DNA of 64,000 bases from Octopus vulgaris (taxonomy: Eukaryota), in the NCBI GenBank assembly GCA_951406725.2, contig OX597838.1, forward strand, positions 11,098,001-11,162,000, in the 5' to 3' direction. The notes under the pieces are model-generated. The model was not told the origin of the DNA and ran no database searches. It saw only the letters and a program-made list of their open reading frames with translations. This document shows, in pieces, positions 12,344 to 24,584 of this stretch; position 1 is the stretch's first letter, and every line of letters begins with the position of its first letter. The translations under genes and the position numbers were made by a program.

Positions 12344-13841
12344 GTGCCTTGTGTGTTCTTACCATACAGCCATGTCTACAACTGGGAAATCTCATAATTG
12401 TTGTCATTAGTTACCGCTGTGTTAATGAGGTTAATGTTTCACTTCTACACAGTTAAGTCAAAACATTAATTCTAGTTAATATTAGATCTAATGAAATGAG
12501 TGGCTCAGATGCACCAATAGCCGAGTGTTCTGTGATAATGGAACTTTAATTAACACATAGAATATAATGGCGTTCAAGTACCTTTTAATGAAATAGCTTT
12601 ACATCCTAAAACTTCTGTAATGTAAGAGAACAACAATCAGGTGAGATGTATGCCAAGGTATAAAACATTGTAATTCTATTTCATATAAGGTTAGTGTAAT
12701 AAATCTGTTGCACATTAAGGAATTATCTATGACTGAAGAGCACTTGAGATTTTCATTGCTTAGAGCAAAATAATCAAACATTTTATTTTTTATTTTTATT
12801 TTATTTTATTTTTTTCTTCGTGTCCAGATCATTACAGAGAAGCAACTATTTCAGATCTTTGCAAGCAAAGCCAAATTCAATTTAGGTTTCCTGTTGATTT
12901 TCTTTTGATCATCGTATGGCTAGGGGCTTTTCTAGATGAGTGGTGTTGTGAAATGGTCTGAAATATTCTGACTGGGTCACTTTGTACAAGAAACTATGTC
13001 ATTCACTGTCTTGGTAAGCTTGTTCTGAATTCTGGTGATATTAGTAGTCACGGCAAATATTTTAGTGGTGTGATATTGTCTCAGCCAAACTATTCTCGAC
13101 ACAGACACGTAATTTGATCAGGCATCATCACCTACTAATCTCATGGCCGTCCAATTTGGCCGGATGTCTACAGATAATCATTTGGCACAAAGTAAGTGAC
13201 TACAATGAAGAGGTGAGTATTGGCATTGTTGCTGTTGTTTACACTTAGGTCAGGCTAGATTCAGCCAAACTATTATAGAAAAATTGTCCAACATCGACAA
13301 TACTGCTATCATTTTTGGGATTTTTTCACACCGAGATCTGCTCATCAGAGCAGATCTATGACCAAAGATCCAGAGAAGTTGGCGTTCTTCTTGTTGCTGT
13401 TTACAACCTAAGTCAGGTTTGAACAGTGATGTTTTTTTTTGCACATCCAAATCTGCTCTGAAGTGTAGTGAAGCTATATTCTATCAGTCTCTTTTGCAAA
13501 CTTCAAAGGTATTGGGACATAAATAAACCACCACCAGTTGTCAAGCAGTGGTAGGGGACAAACACAAACATGCAAATATATTCAAAGACATCATCAATCC
13601 AAGGTAGAACATGAACTGAAAAGAGAGACAACTATTACAAATATTACCAAGAAACAATAAAGAACTCTGATTTCTGTCTAGAACACAAACCCCAAAATTT
13701 GGTGATGAGGTATCAATTATCTTCTACTTAAGGAATCGCTCTCTTTTAATATGAAACCAATGATAGACTTAATCTAGAAATAAAGAATCTTTATTTACCA
13801 ATGCAGCGTTGAGCACTCATTTTCATTGTTCAATATTAACA

Positions 13842-13896
<55 letters not shown>

Positions 13897-14091
13897 ATGT
13901 ACATATATGTATGTGTTTATATATGTGTGTGCGTGCATATATATATACATGTATAAATCTCTATATATGTGTGTATTTATATATATGTGTTTGTGTAAAT
14001 AAATATATGTGTTTGTGTAAATATATATATATGTATGTATATTTTATATTAATAATTATATACATACGGCTATACATAGGGCTGTGTATAC

Positions 14092-14766
14092 ATATGGCTT
14101 TGTGACGGCTCTGCTCATATAGGTATATGAGATACTTATACATTTATACAACGGAATATCGACACTGATGATAGCAGTAGGTATATTTTTTGCTTTTAGC
14201 TTGAAATGAGATCTTATACATGATTAACCAAAAGTTTAATTTATTATCTTTTGCTCAATGGTAACCTGCGTTTTTAGAGTTTTTAGGGTGGTTTTAGTGC
14301 CATTTGGCGTCTATTTTCCATGCATGGAGGGGTGTTTTTGCCAATATCTTGTTATAATTATGCATATAATTATTTATACGATATTTGGAAAATTTACCTA
14401 AAAGGTTTTTATTTTCATGCTGACCACCTGATAAACTCATAAATGATTTTATTCTTTATTATATAATAAATATGTGAAAATTTTTGCTGTGGATCAAAGT
14501 TGCATTGACTGCAGCATTATTTTGATATATAACACGTGGTTGAAGAGGAAGAGGTAAATTCTACTTTACTCTGTATTTTTGCAAGTGTGTATATATATAT
14601 AGGCGCAGGAGTGGCTGTGTGGTAAGTAGCTTGCCTACCAACCATATGGTTCCGGGTTCAGTCCCACTGCGTGGCATCTTGGGCAAGTGTCTTCTACTAT
14701 AGCCTCAGGCCGACCAATGCCTTGTGAGTGGATTTGGTAGACGGAAACTGAAAGAAGCCTGTCGTA

Positions 14767-14803
<37 letters not shown>

Positions 14804-15396
14804 ATGTGTTTGTCCCCCTAGCATTGCTTGACAACCGATGCTGGTGTGCTTACGTCGCCGTCACTTAGTGGTTCGGCAAAAGAGACCGATAGAATAAGTA
14901 CTGGGCTTACAAAGAATAAGTCCCGGGGTCAATTTGCTCAACTAAAGGCTGTGCTCCAGCATGGCCGCAGTCAAATGACTGAAACAAGTAAAAGAGTAAA
15001 AGAGAGAGTAAAGAGAGTATATATATATATATGGCTGTGTGATGGCTCTGCTTGTATATACTTATACATTTATACAACGGAATATCGATGCTGATGATAA
15101 CAGTAGGTATATTTTTTTACCTTTAGCTTGAAACAAGATCTAATATGCGATTAACCAAAAATTCAATTTTTTATCTTTCTTTTGCTCAATGACAATCTAT
15201 GATTTTAGAGTTTTTAGGGTGCTTTTAGTGCCATTTGGTGTCTATTTTCCGTGTGTGGAGAGGTGTTTTTGCCAATCCCTTGTTATAATTATGTATATAA
15301 TTATTCATATAATATTTGTAAAATTTACCTATAAGGTTTTTATTTTCATGCTGACCTGATAAAATCATGAACGATTCTATCTCTTTATTATATAAT
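14092..15396 (+). repeat. ~370-bp direct repeat (14092-14467 and 15031-15396), each copy with a CTGATGA..GAAA motif
   Basis: Two diverged copies bracket the SINE A at 14602-15018. Confidence 0.85.
14602..15018 (+). mobile_element. SINE family A, full length
   Basis: Starts ggcgcaggagtggctgtgtgg after (TA)n; tail gtaaaagag repeats. Confidence 0.9.
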
Positions 15397-15485
15397 TTAT
15401 ATATGTATATATATATATGTGTGTGTGTGTGTATAATGCAAAGGAAAATGATATGCCTATGACCTTTGGAGTTACTGTGTGTGTG

Positions 15486-15520
<35 letters not shown>

Positions 15521-15989
15521 GCTGGGCTTGTTTCAGTTTTCATCTACCAAATCTGCTTATAAGGCGTTTGTTGGCCCAAGGATATAGTAGAAGACTGGAA
15601 CCTGTGGAACTGAACCTGAAACCATGCAGTTGGGAAGCAAAATTCTTACCGCACAGCAACATCTGCACTTGATTACATAATTTCGTTAATTTGTTTTATT
15701 TTGGTAGGGAGAAGGAGGGAGAGAGGGAAGGAAGGCAGGAAAGAGGGGGATGCTGCAAGAGATCAATTTTAATGGCCAGGTTATTGAAAACCAAAAATTA
15801 CTAAAACAAAAGATGGCAGCATGTACTTTTTTTTTATTGTTTATAAAAAGAGAAAAATGAAAAAAAAAAAAAAAAAAACTGAAATCAATTTGGTTTTTTT
15901 TTTTTCCATTTACCCCTTCAATAAAAACTAATTGCTGAAATGGAGGAAATAAAACTAAAAATAAATCAATCAAAATAAAAAAAAACAAT

Positions 15990-16740
15990 GCTGGGTGGGT
16001 GGGTGGAGTGGGAGGTGGTGATGGTGGTGGTGTTAGTGATGGTAGTGGCATTAAAGGTGGTGGTGGTGGTGTTAGTGATGGTAGTGGCATTAAAGGTGGT
16101 GGTGGTGGTGTTAGTGATGGTAGTGGCATTAAAGGTGGTGGTGGTGGTGTTAGTGATGGTAGTGGCATTAAAGGTGGTGGTGGTGGTGGTGTTGACTGGT
16201 GTAATGGTATTGAGAGTGTTTGTAACGGTAGTGGTATTAATGGTGATGATGGTTGTGGTGGTAGTGTTGGTGGTATGGAGGTCATGTGGTACGGTGACAT
16301 TGGTGGTGGTGGTGGTGTTAGTGATGGTAGTGGCATTAAAGGTGGTGGTGGTGGTGTTAGTGATGGTAGTGGCATTAAAGGTGGTGGTGGTGGTGTTGAC
16401 TGGTGTAATGGTATTGAGAGTGTTTGTAACGGTAGTGGTATTAATGGTGATGATGGTTGTGGTGGTAGTGTTGGTGGTATGGAGGTCATGTGGTACGGTG
16501 ACATTGGTGGTGGTGGTGGTGTTAGTGATGGTAGTGGCATTAAAGGTGGTGGTGGTGGTGTTGACTGGTGTAATGGTATTGAGAGTGTTTGTAATGGTAG
16601 TGGTATTAATGGTGATTATGGTTGTGGTGGTAGTGTTGGTGGTATGGAGGTCATGTGGTACGGTGACACTGGTGGTGGTGGTGGTGGTGTTCATAGTGCA
16701 GATAATGGTAGTCTTAATGGTGGTATGGTGATGGTGGTAT
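15990..16740. repeat. GGT-based compound minisatellite with a higher-order repeat
   Basis: 39-bp units (ggtggt..gttagtgatggtagtggcattaaa) alternate with three copies of a longer unit (gttgactggtgtaatggtattgagag..ggaggtcatgtggtacggtgaca). Confidence 0.9.
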
Positions 16741-17751
16741 TAACATGATTGTAGTCATGGTGGCCTTGGTAGTGGTGGTGGGAGTAGACTCAGTAGTTGT
16801 GGTGAAGGTGTTGGTAGTTTTGGTAAAATTAGTGGAGGTGATGGTATCAATAGTGGTGGTGGTGGTGATGGTGGTAAGAAGCTTGCTTCCCAACCACATG
16901 GTTCAGGTTCAGTCTCACTGCATGGCACCTTGGGCTGACCTAAGCCTTGTTAGTGGATTTGGTAGACGGAAACTGAAAGAATCCTGACATGTGTGTGTGT
17001 GTGTGAGTATCTTTGTTTCTCTCCCACCACTGCTTGACAACTGGCGTTGGTGTGTTTACATCCCTGTAACTTAGTGGTTCGGCAAAAAGAGACAGATAGA
17101 ATAAGTACTAGGTCTAAAAAAAAAAAAAGAAAAACCTGGGATTGATTTTTTTCAACTGAAATCCTTCAAGGTAGTGCCCCAGTATGGCCACAATCAAAAG
17201 AATGAAGCAAATAAGCATGTCTGGAGTGTCTGCATTCAAAGCATTCCAAAATTATTACTTCACTTTGAAACAGGCAGAAGTTGGCTGCAAGAAGAGCATC
17301 CAACCATGGAAACTTTTGCCCTAACAGACTCATCTCTGCTCCATCTAAGTATGGAAGAGTAGACATGAAAACAATGATGTCAAGAAACATCTCACTCCTG
17401 CCAACATAGATATGAGATAAAGATCATCCCTGAGTCATACAGACTCATAGGGCATGTTTCCCGGTTTCCGTGACGGAGACTGGTGCAGCCATCTGGTTCG
17501 CCAGCCCTCAGTCAAAATCGTCCAACCCATGGAAAGCGGACGTTAATAACGACGATGATAATGATGATGATCTATGCACCCACTGGACAGGACATTGGTC
17601 TATTGCAAGGTTTTAGCCAGCTGAGTAACCTGGAGAATGAAGTGTTTTCTTTAAGAATACGTGTCACCCTAGTTCAGGAATGGAAATCCCAATCTTATAA
17701 TTGTGGGACCAGCACCCTAATCACGAAGGCACACACCTCCACTGCCCCATT

Positions 17752-18129
17752 GGAAGCACTCTGTCGGTTACGATGACGAGGGTTCCGGTTGATCCGATCA
17801 ACGGAACAGCCTGCTCGTGAAATTATCGTGTAAGTGGCTGAGCACTCCACAGACACGTGTACCCTTAACGTAGTTCTCGGGGATATTCAGCGTGACACAG
17901 AGAGTGACAAGGCCGGCCCTTTGAAATACAGGTACAACAGAAACAGGAAGCGTGAGAGAAAGTTGTGGTGAAAGAGTACAGCAGGGATCACCACCATCCC
18001 TGCCGGAGCCTCGTGGAGCTTTAGGTGTTTTCGCTCAGTAAACACTCACAACGCCCGGTCTGGGAATCGAAACCACGATCCTACGACCGCGAGCCCGCTG
18101 CCCTAACCACTGGGCCATTGTGCCTCCAC
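17752..18129 (-). mobile_element. tRNA-headed SINE family C, full length with TSD
   Basis: Minus-strand head tggcccagtggttagggc..ggtttcgattccc; flanked by duplicated cactgccccat. Confidence 0.9.
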
Positions 18130-18362
18130 ACTGCCCCATACATGTACACACCGAAACAAAACAGTTTTTGAATATTAACAAAACAGATTTTAAAATGTTT
18201 TCTTGCCCCTTGTTCATTAATGCAGCTTCATAAAATTGGCATTGTAGACACGAGCCAGCAAAGTGACCATTGGTCACGAGGCATGTTAGATACAGTAGCC
18301 AAATCTTCCCTCAACCCATTACTGTAAAGGTTTGAGGATGGACATTTATATTTGCCAAGTTA

Positions 18363-18622
18363 TCATCATCATCATCATCATCATCATCGTTTAATGTCCG
18401 TTCTCCATGCTAGCATGGGTTGGACGGTTCGACCGGGGATCTGGAAAGCCAGAAGGCTGCACCAGGCTCCAGTCTTATCTGGCAATGTTTCTACAGCTGG
18501 ATGCCCTTCCTAACGGCAACCACTCCGTGAGTGTAGTGGGTGCTTTTTACGTGCCACCTGCACAGGTGCCAGGCGAGGCTGGCAACGGCCACGGTTGGAT
18601 TGGTGCAGTTTACGTGCCACCT
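18363..18622 (-). mobile_element. (TGA)n-tailed retroelement 3' end, family D
   Basis: (cat)n-cgtttaatgtccg..ccatgctagcatgggttggacgg..ggatgcccttcctaacg. Relatives at ~906, 1763, 10368, 17478, 25603, 40420 and 61483. Confidence 0.8.
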
Positions 18623-19339
18623 TAATGTAAAAGCAGACTTATGTATTTTATGAATGTCAGCACTTTCGACAGTCAACTTCAATGAATGCCAACAGTTTTG
18701 ACTGCCAAAAGCATAAAGTGTAGCAGAAACAATAGATTGCTGTTTCTGCCAGTCTTACATTTATAAATGATAACACTGTAATTAGCTTCTTTAGGTCATG
18801 ATCTGAGTTCACATTTGCTTTTGGACCTTCCAGGGATAAACCAAGCATGTTTCACAGTCGATTCCATTACACAAACCATAACCTTGGCAAATGTGTGTCT
18901 TTGTGCAATTGTTAAGTAACCATTGAAGAAGTACGGCTAATGATGCAGCAAACCAAATCCCACACACTGTTTTGCTTTTTATCTCATTTTAAAGTTCAAA
19001 TACTTCTTAACCTTCTAAACACCAACCTGTTTGGAACCACTGGTTTCATAAAACGAAAATATTGAAAATATCAAAAGGTTTAGAGTAAAAAACAAAATAA
19101 AACAATCTTTCGTTTTCACTGTCAACAAATCATCTGCTGGTTCTGTGCTTTCAAGGATTTATACATGAAGAGACCTTTTCCATGAAAAACAGGTAGGGCC
19201 TAGTGACAAAAAGGGCATTGGGCTGCAAAGCAAGGCTTCAGTAATACATTTGTCTAACTTGTACTAACATGGGGGACACAGAAGTAAAAATCAAATGAAT
19301 GAACAAATTATCATATTCATTATCAGATTTGTAATGAAT

Positions 19340-19730
19340 TTGGTGATGGTGGTGGTGGTTGTGGTGATGGTGGTAGTGGTAGTAATGATGGTCATTGTGG
19401 TGACGGCAATAGTTGTGGTGGTGATGGCGATGGTTGTGGTGGTGGTGATGGCAATGGTTGTGGTGGTGACGGCAATAGTTGTGGTGGTGATGGCGATGGT
19501 TGTGGTGGTGGTGATGGCAATGGTTGTGGTGGTGATGGCAATAGTTGTGGTGGTGATGGCGATGGTTGTGGTGGTGGTGATGGCAATGGTTGTGGTGGTG
19601 ATGGCGATGGTTGTGGTGATGACGGCGATGGCTGTGGTGGTGACGGAAATGGTTGTGGTGGTGATGGCGATGGCTGTGGTGGTGATGGCGGTTGCAGTGG
19701 TTATGGTGGTGGTGATGGCAGTGGTTAAGA
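19340..19730. repeat. GGT/GAT triplet minisatellite
   Basis: Units such as gtggtggtgatggc(a/g)atggtt; source of the poly-V/M ORF. Confidence 0.9.
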
Positions 19731-20380
19731 TGATCAGGAGGAAGATTATGGTGAGGGTGAAGTTGGTGTCATTTGTTTCCTTCTACCATCACTTCGCAGC
19801 AAGAGCATTCCGTGTGCCGCACACTTGATCAACTTCATCTTGCTTCCTATGAGATGACCCGGGTGACATTTGAATCAACCAAGCACAAAGAACAGGCAAT
19901 TAGCCGTCTCATTCAGCAGCAACTAAATTTTGTCAGATTTCTCCTTCAAGAACTACTAACATTTAAAAAAATTGAAATTAAATATATTCCTAATTAATTA
20001 CAACAACAACAACAGCAACATATATAAAAGAAGACAATCACAAGAACAACAACATTATAATTAGCTGAATCTAACAAACAGGTGACTTGTTCTCCTTGTC
20101 TGTGTTTTAAGATGGTCAGGGACAAAAATGTTTGTCTGTTTTTGTATGCTTCTTTGTTGTTGTTGTTGTTGTTATTATTATTATTATTTTTTATCTCTAT
20201 CTTTCAAGAAGGTGTAAAGAAATTAAGTAATGATTCATTGCAAACACCCTGTTGCTGGTTTTGTTTATTCTACATCAAGAAGAAGCCGAAGGACATCAGA
20301 TATGAGAGACATCAATTGAACCCTACCAGAAAATTTTCTCGTTGGGAGAATACAGAGGTGTCAACATCTTAGTATAATGG

Positions 20381-20819
20381 TTGGCAGAAACGTTAGCACG
20401 CCGGGCGAAATGCGTAGCCGTATTTCGTCTGTCGTTACGTTGTGAGTTCAAATTGCGCCGAGGTCGACTTTGCCTTTCATCCTTTCGGGGTCGATAAATT
20501 AAGTACCAGTTACGCACTGGGGTCGATGTAATCGACTTAATCCGTTTGTCTGTCCTTGTTTGTCCCCTCTATGTTTAGCCCCTTGTGGGTAATAAAGAAA
20601 TAAGAAACGTTAGCATGCCGGGCAAAATGCGTAGCCGTATTTCGTCTGCCGTTACGTTCTGAGTTCAAATTCCGCCGAGGTCGACTTTGCCTTTCATCCT
20701 TTCAGGGTCGATGAATTAAGTACCAGTTACGCACTGGAGTCGATGTAATCGACTTAATAGCTATGTCTGTCCTAGTTTGCCCCCTCTGTGTTTAGCCCCT
20801 TGTGGGTAATAAAGAAATA
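20381..20819 (+). mobile_element. Head-to-tail dimer of SINE family B within one TSD
   Basis: Two ~220-bp monomers; agtataatggtt is duplicated on both outer sides. Confidence 0.9.
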
Positions 20820-21957
20820 AGTATAATGGTTACAAAATTGCAAATGGGAAATAGAAATGAGAGAGCAATGTGAAATGATGGTTGTGGAAAAAGGGGAGGG
20901 GGGATAAAAAAAAAGAATAATATCAGTAATGATTGGTGGTGGTGTGATCTAGTGTATGAGAAAGGTAGTAAAGGTTACAGAGAGAGGTAGTTAAGGTTTT
21001 TAACAAGAGCCAGTGCAGTTGAAATTTGAAATAGAAATGGGATGATAAGCAGCTAGTGAAGTGAGCTAAGTTAATAAGTGAAAAAGTAGGATAAAACAAC
21101 GATGAAGTAAAGGACATGTATATATGGTAACGCAAATGCACACCAAGATTGGGAAGGAGAAGGAAAAGAGAATGAGCTACAAGTGAAAACTAGGAAGTTT
21201 GCTTCCTAACTAAATGGTTTCAGGTCCAGTCCCACTGCACAGCAGTTGAGCAAGTGTCTTCTACTATAGTCACAGGCTGGCTAAAGTTACCATCTACCAC
21301 TTGGTAGATGGAAACTGAAAGAAACTCATTTTGTGTGTGTGTGTGTGTGTGTGCATGTGCCTTTCTGTTTGTATTTGTCCCCCACCACTGCTTGACAACT
21401 GGTGTTGGTGTGTTTACATCCCTGTAACTTAGCAGTTTGGCAAAAGAGACCAACAGAATAAGTACCAGGCTTAAAAAAAAATTGCTGGTTTAAGCCTTTA
21501 ACATTTAAATTGGCCATATCCAGCCCAAATATTCTCCCCGTTTTATGTTCAAACTGGCAATATCCAACCTCTCACACCTACCCTACAATATCATTCTGAA
21601 AATAAACAATCACATCATTGAAACACCAGAAGCTACAAAATAATGCACGATTAATACAATGTGAATTAAAAAAAGCATTACGTTTGACACAGAAGTCTGA
21701 ATGCTAAAGCGTTAATTAATTCTCCAGCATTTAAACTGGCCACACCCAACACAAACATTCTGCCTCTTTGATGTTCAAACTAGCCAGATCTGGCTTCTCA
21801 CACCTATCCTATAAAGAAGCATTATATCGGAGAAAGTAATCTGAACGCTGAAGGGTTAAATGGCAGAGGCATGGCTGTGTGGTAAGAAGTTTGCTTCTCA
21901 ACCACATGGTTCTGAGTTCAATCCCATTGCACAGCACTTGAGCAAGTGTCTTCTACT

Positions 21958-22285
21958 TCAAAATCTCACATGGAAGCGCTATCCAACCAAAATGCAAATG
22001 TATGGGAAACTACCACCTGTGTCATCTCTTGTGAAAGGTAAGAGAGTCCAGTTTGCTGGACATTGTTGTAGAGCTGAAAAAGAGGTAATTTCTACTCTTC
22101 TCCTCTGGAAGCCATCTACTCGCAATACCAGAGGGCGCACACTCTCCTACCCTGATGTAATCTCCAGGGATACAGGCATCCAGCAACAGGACCTCTGTAA
22201 TGCCATGATGGACCGTGAAGTCTGGCGTAGCATGGTAAATTCCATTGTCTCGACCACGGTCGAATAATGATGAATGATGATGACA
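21958..22285 (+). mobile_element. Second 5'-truncated RTE-type 3' end, inserted in an old SINE A
   Basis: Nearly identical to 10856-11176, with a (TGA)n tail. The host SINE resumes after the tail (ctgaccaaagttttgcaagt). Confidence 0.9.
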
Positions 22286-23010
22286 GTCTGACCAAAGTTT
22301 TGCAAGTAGTATGCAAACCGTTAGATATTCACTCCTCATAACCAATCAACTCACTGTAATTTAGTATTTTTTTCCTGTAAAACTTTTAATGTAGAATAGT
22401 CAAAGGAGACGGTCTACCAATGGTAAAGAGAAATGTGCAATGTTATTGCTCATTAGTTTCTAAATTATATTTCTTATAAAATTAATAGACATCAGTAGAG
22501 TGAGAAGGCAGGCTACTGTTTGATAATGAAGTTTAATAGAAAGGGGGGAAAAAATATCCTTTGATCGTTAAATGGGAAAAGAATTATTTCCTTTTTTTGT
22601 TTTAAATAACAGACGATATATTGAAAATGAATTTATTTATTATGTAGCAAGTAATAATACCAAACTTCTCTCATTACACCAAACAGCTATTAAAAATTTG
22701 AAAGCCAAACCAACTTTCTACTCTGCCGTCTTTCATTAAAACCCAAGCACATAACAATCTGACAAAATATAATATTTTTTTTAATATTTCAATATTTAAT
22801 ATTTCATTTCAGTCATTGGATTGCAGCCTTGCTGGGATACTCAATTCCAGCGCTTTTTATTTTTCCCTTAGTTATGTATTTATTTTAGTGGTCTCTTTTG
22901 CTGAAGCACTAAGTTACATGGATGTAAACACACAAACATTGGTTATCAAGCAATGATGAGGGGACAAACACAGTCACAAAGATACACACACACACACAAA
23001 TATATACAAA

Positions 23011-23076
<66 letters not shown>

Positions 23077-23108
23077 CATACATATAAGGTAGATAGAGAG
23101 ATAGATAG

Positions 23109-23512
23109 ATATTACATACATGTAAGAGGAATGACCACTAGGTAGGATTCCTATATGCTAAATGTAACCCCCACTGACCACAAAGAAAAATTGCACTTAA
23201 AAATATTCGGCAAAATGCCAGAACTTAAAGTGAGCAAGACAAATGAAAAGGTACAAAATAAAGTGATTAGTCACATACCATGCTTTCATTGTTACTATTT
23301 AGATTACGTAATTTAAATGGTAACAATGAAAGCATGGTATGTGACTAATCACTTTATTTTCTATCTTTTCATTTGTCTTGCTCACTTTAAGTTCTGGCAT
23401 TTTGCCGAATATTTTTAAGAGCAATTCTTCTTAGTGGTCAGACCATATGGGGTCTACGTTTAGCATATTAGGAATCCACCTAGTGGTCATTGCTCTTATA
23501 TGTATGTAATAT
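23109..23512. repeat. ~400-bp spacerless palindrome (fold-back element)
   Basis: Centre ATTAC|GTAAT at 23307/23308; arms ~200 bp, nearly perfect in the inner ~120 bp. Confidence 0.95.
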
Positions 23513-23554
23513 AATTTTCTGAATTTTCGGATATTTTCAATATGCCAGGCCACT

Positions 23555-24110
23555 GGTTTAAATTGTTGTTATCTGTTTGGTGGGATATGAAAGGTTTAAT
23601 CAACTTTGAGCTTTTAGACCCAAATTAAATGATAACAAAGGAGATCTACTATGAGCAACTTGAGCAGCTTAAGTCAGCACTAGAAGGAAAATGACCCTCT
23701 TTGGTTTCAAGTTGAAAGATGCTCTTCCATCAGAATAATGCTCAGCCACATACAGCGAGGATGACATTCCAAAGGCTGGAGCAGTCTGAATGAGAAACGA
23801 TGACTCACCCACCATATTCGCTGGACATTGCCCCATTTGATTATCATTTATTTCACAGTCTTCAAAATCATTTGGATGGAAAAAATATGAATTCTGTAGA
23901 CGAGGTCAGAACAGCACTGGAGGAGTATTTTTCATCACGGACAAGTGAATTTTGGAAGAGGGGCCTTGCAAAACTTACCACATAGATGGCAGAGCATTGT
24001 AGAAAATGAAGGAGAGTATATTTTAGATAAAAAAAGAATTTTGTTTATCTTAATTTTGAAAAATTAAAGAATTATAAAAACAAACGCATTATTTATGGGA
24101 TGACCCAATA
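23555..24110 (+). mobile_element. Mariner transposon 3' remnant (catalytic domain plus terminus)
   Basis: Reads LSVWWDMKGLINFE..FHQNNAQPH..HPPYSLDIAPFDYHLF..WQSIVENEGEY with several stops, ending ttatttatgggatgacccaa-TA. The same terminus recurs at ~24648-24713. Confidence 0.9.
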
Positions 24111-24542
24111 TATATGAGAGAGAGGTGTGAGCGATTCGACCAGTGAAATATTGTCTTGAGACACGCTTACACATACACACACACACACCTGTCTACCTAT
24201 TTCTTTATTACCCACAAGGGGCTAAACATAGAGGGGACAAACATAGGTATTAAGTCGATTACATCGACCCCAGTGCGTAACTGGTACTTAATTTATCGAC
24301 CCCGAAAGGATGAAAGGCAAAGTCGACCTCTCGGATGTCTACCTATCTACCAACCCACAGGCACACAATTTCAGAGTCTAACAGAGAGAAGTACACATGA
24401 GGCGTGCAGAATGTGAGGAAACGAAGAGCACAGAGACAGGTGCAACAGGTAGTTTGGTTTAGTTTGTGAGGCACTGGAATTTACATTGGTGAAAGTAAGC
24501 AGAAGAAAAAAAATCTATGCAATTACACCTGGGCTGAGGATG

Positions 24543-24584
<42 letters not shown>

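Larger units (their letters stand above)
9495..12983. repeat. ~260-bp inverted duplication (arms ~9495-9755 and ~12717-12983)
   Basis: The arms are reverse complements with few mismatches, e.g. gcaaagatctgaaatagttgcttctctgtaatgatctggaca versus tgtccagatcattacagagaagcaactatttcagatctttgc. Confidence 0.95.

Noticed and set aside
12094-12456. Recurrent ORFs MSSNARGTNTD../MTTDAGVFTS.. as a gene family
   Set aside because: They are translations of SINE family A on either strand.
9495-12983. Single 3.5-kb DNA transposon with long TIRs
   Set aside because: No target-site duplication or transposase remnant was seen and the interior is ordinary intron with SINEs; not fully excluded without a copy-number search.
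18759-18848. Possible alternative first exon MLGLSLEGPKANVNSDHDLKKLITVLSFIN|gtaaga (minus strand, phase 0)
   Set aside because: Only an ATG and a donor support it; no promoter signal or recognisable homology.
19773-19997. Plus-strand ORF with a good acceptor at 19799, or minus-strand KQDEVDQVCGTRNALAAK*
   Set aside because: No convincing donor on plus; the minus reading is phase-incompatible with the neighbouring exons.
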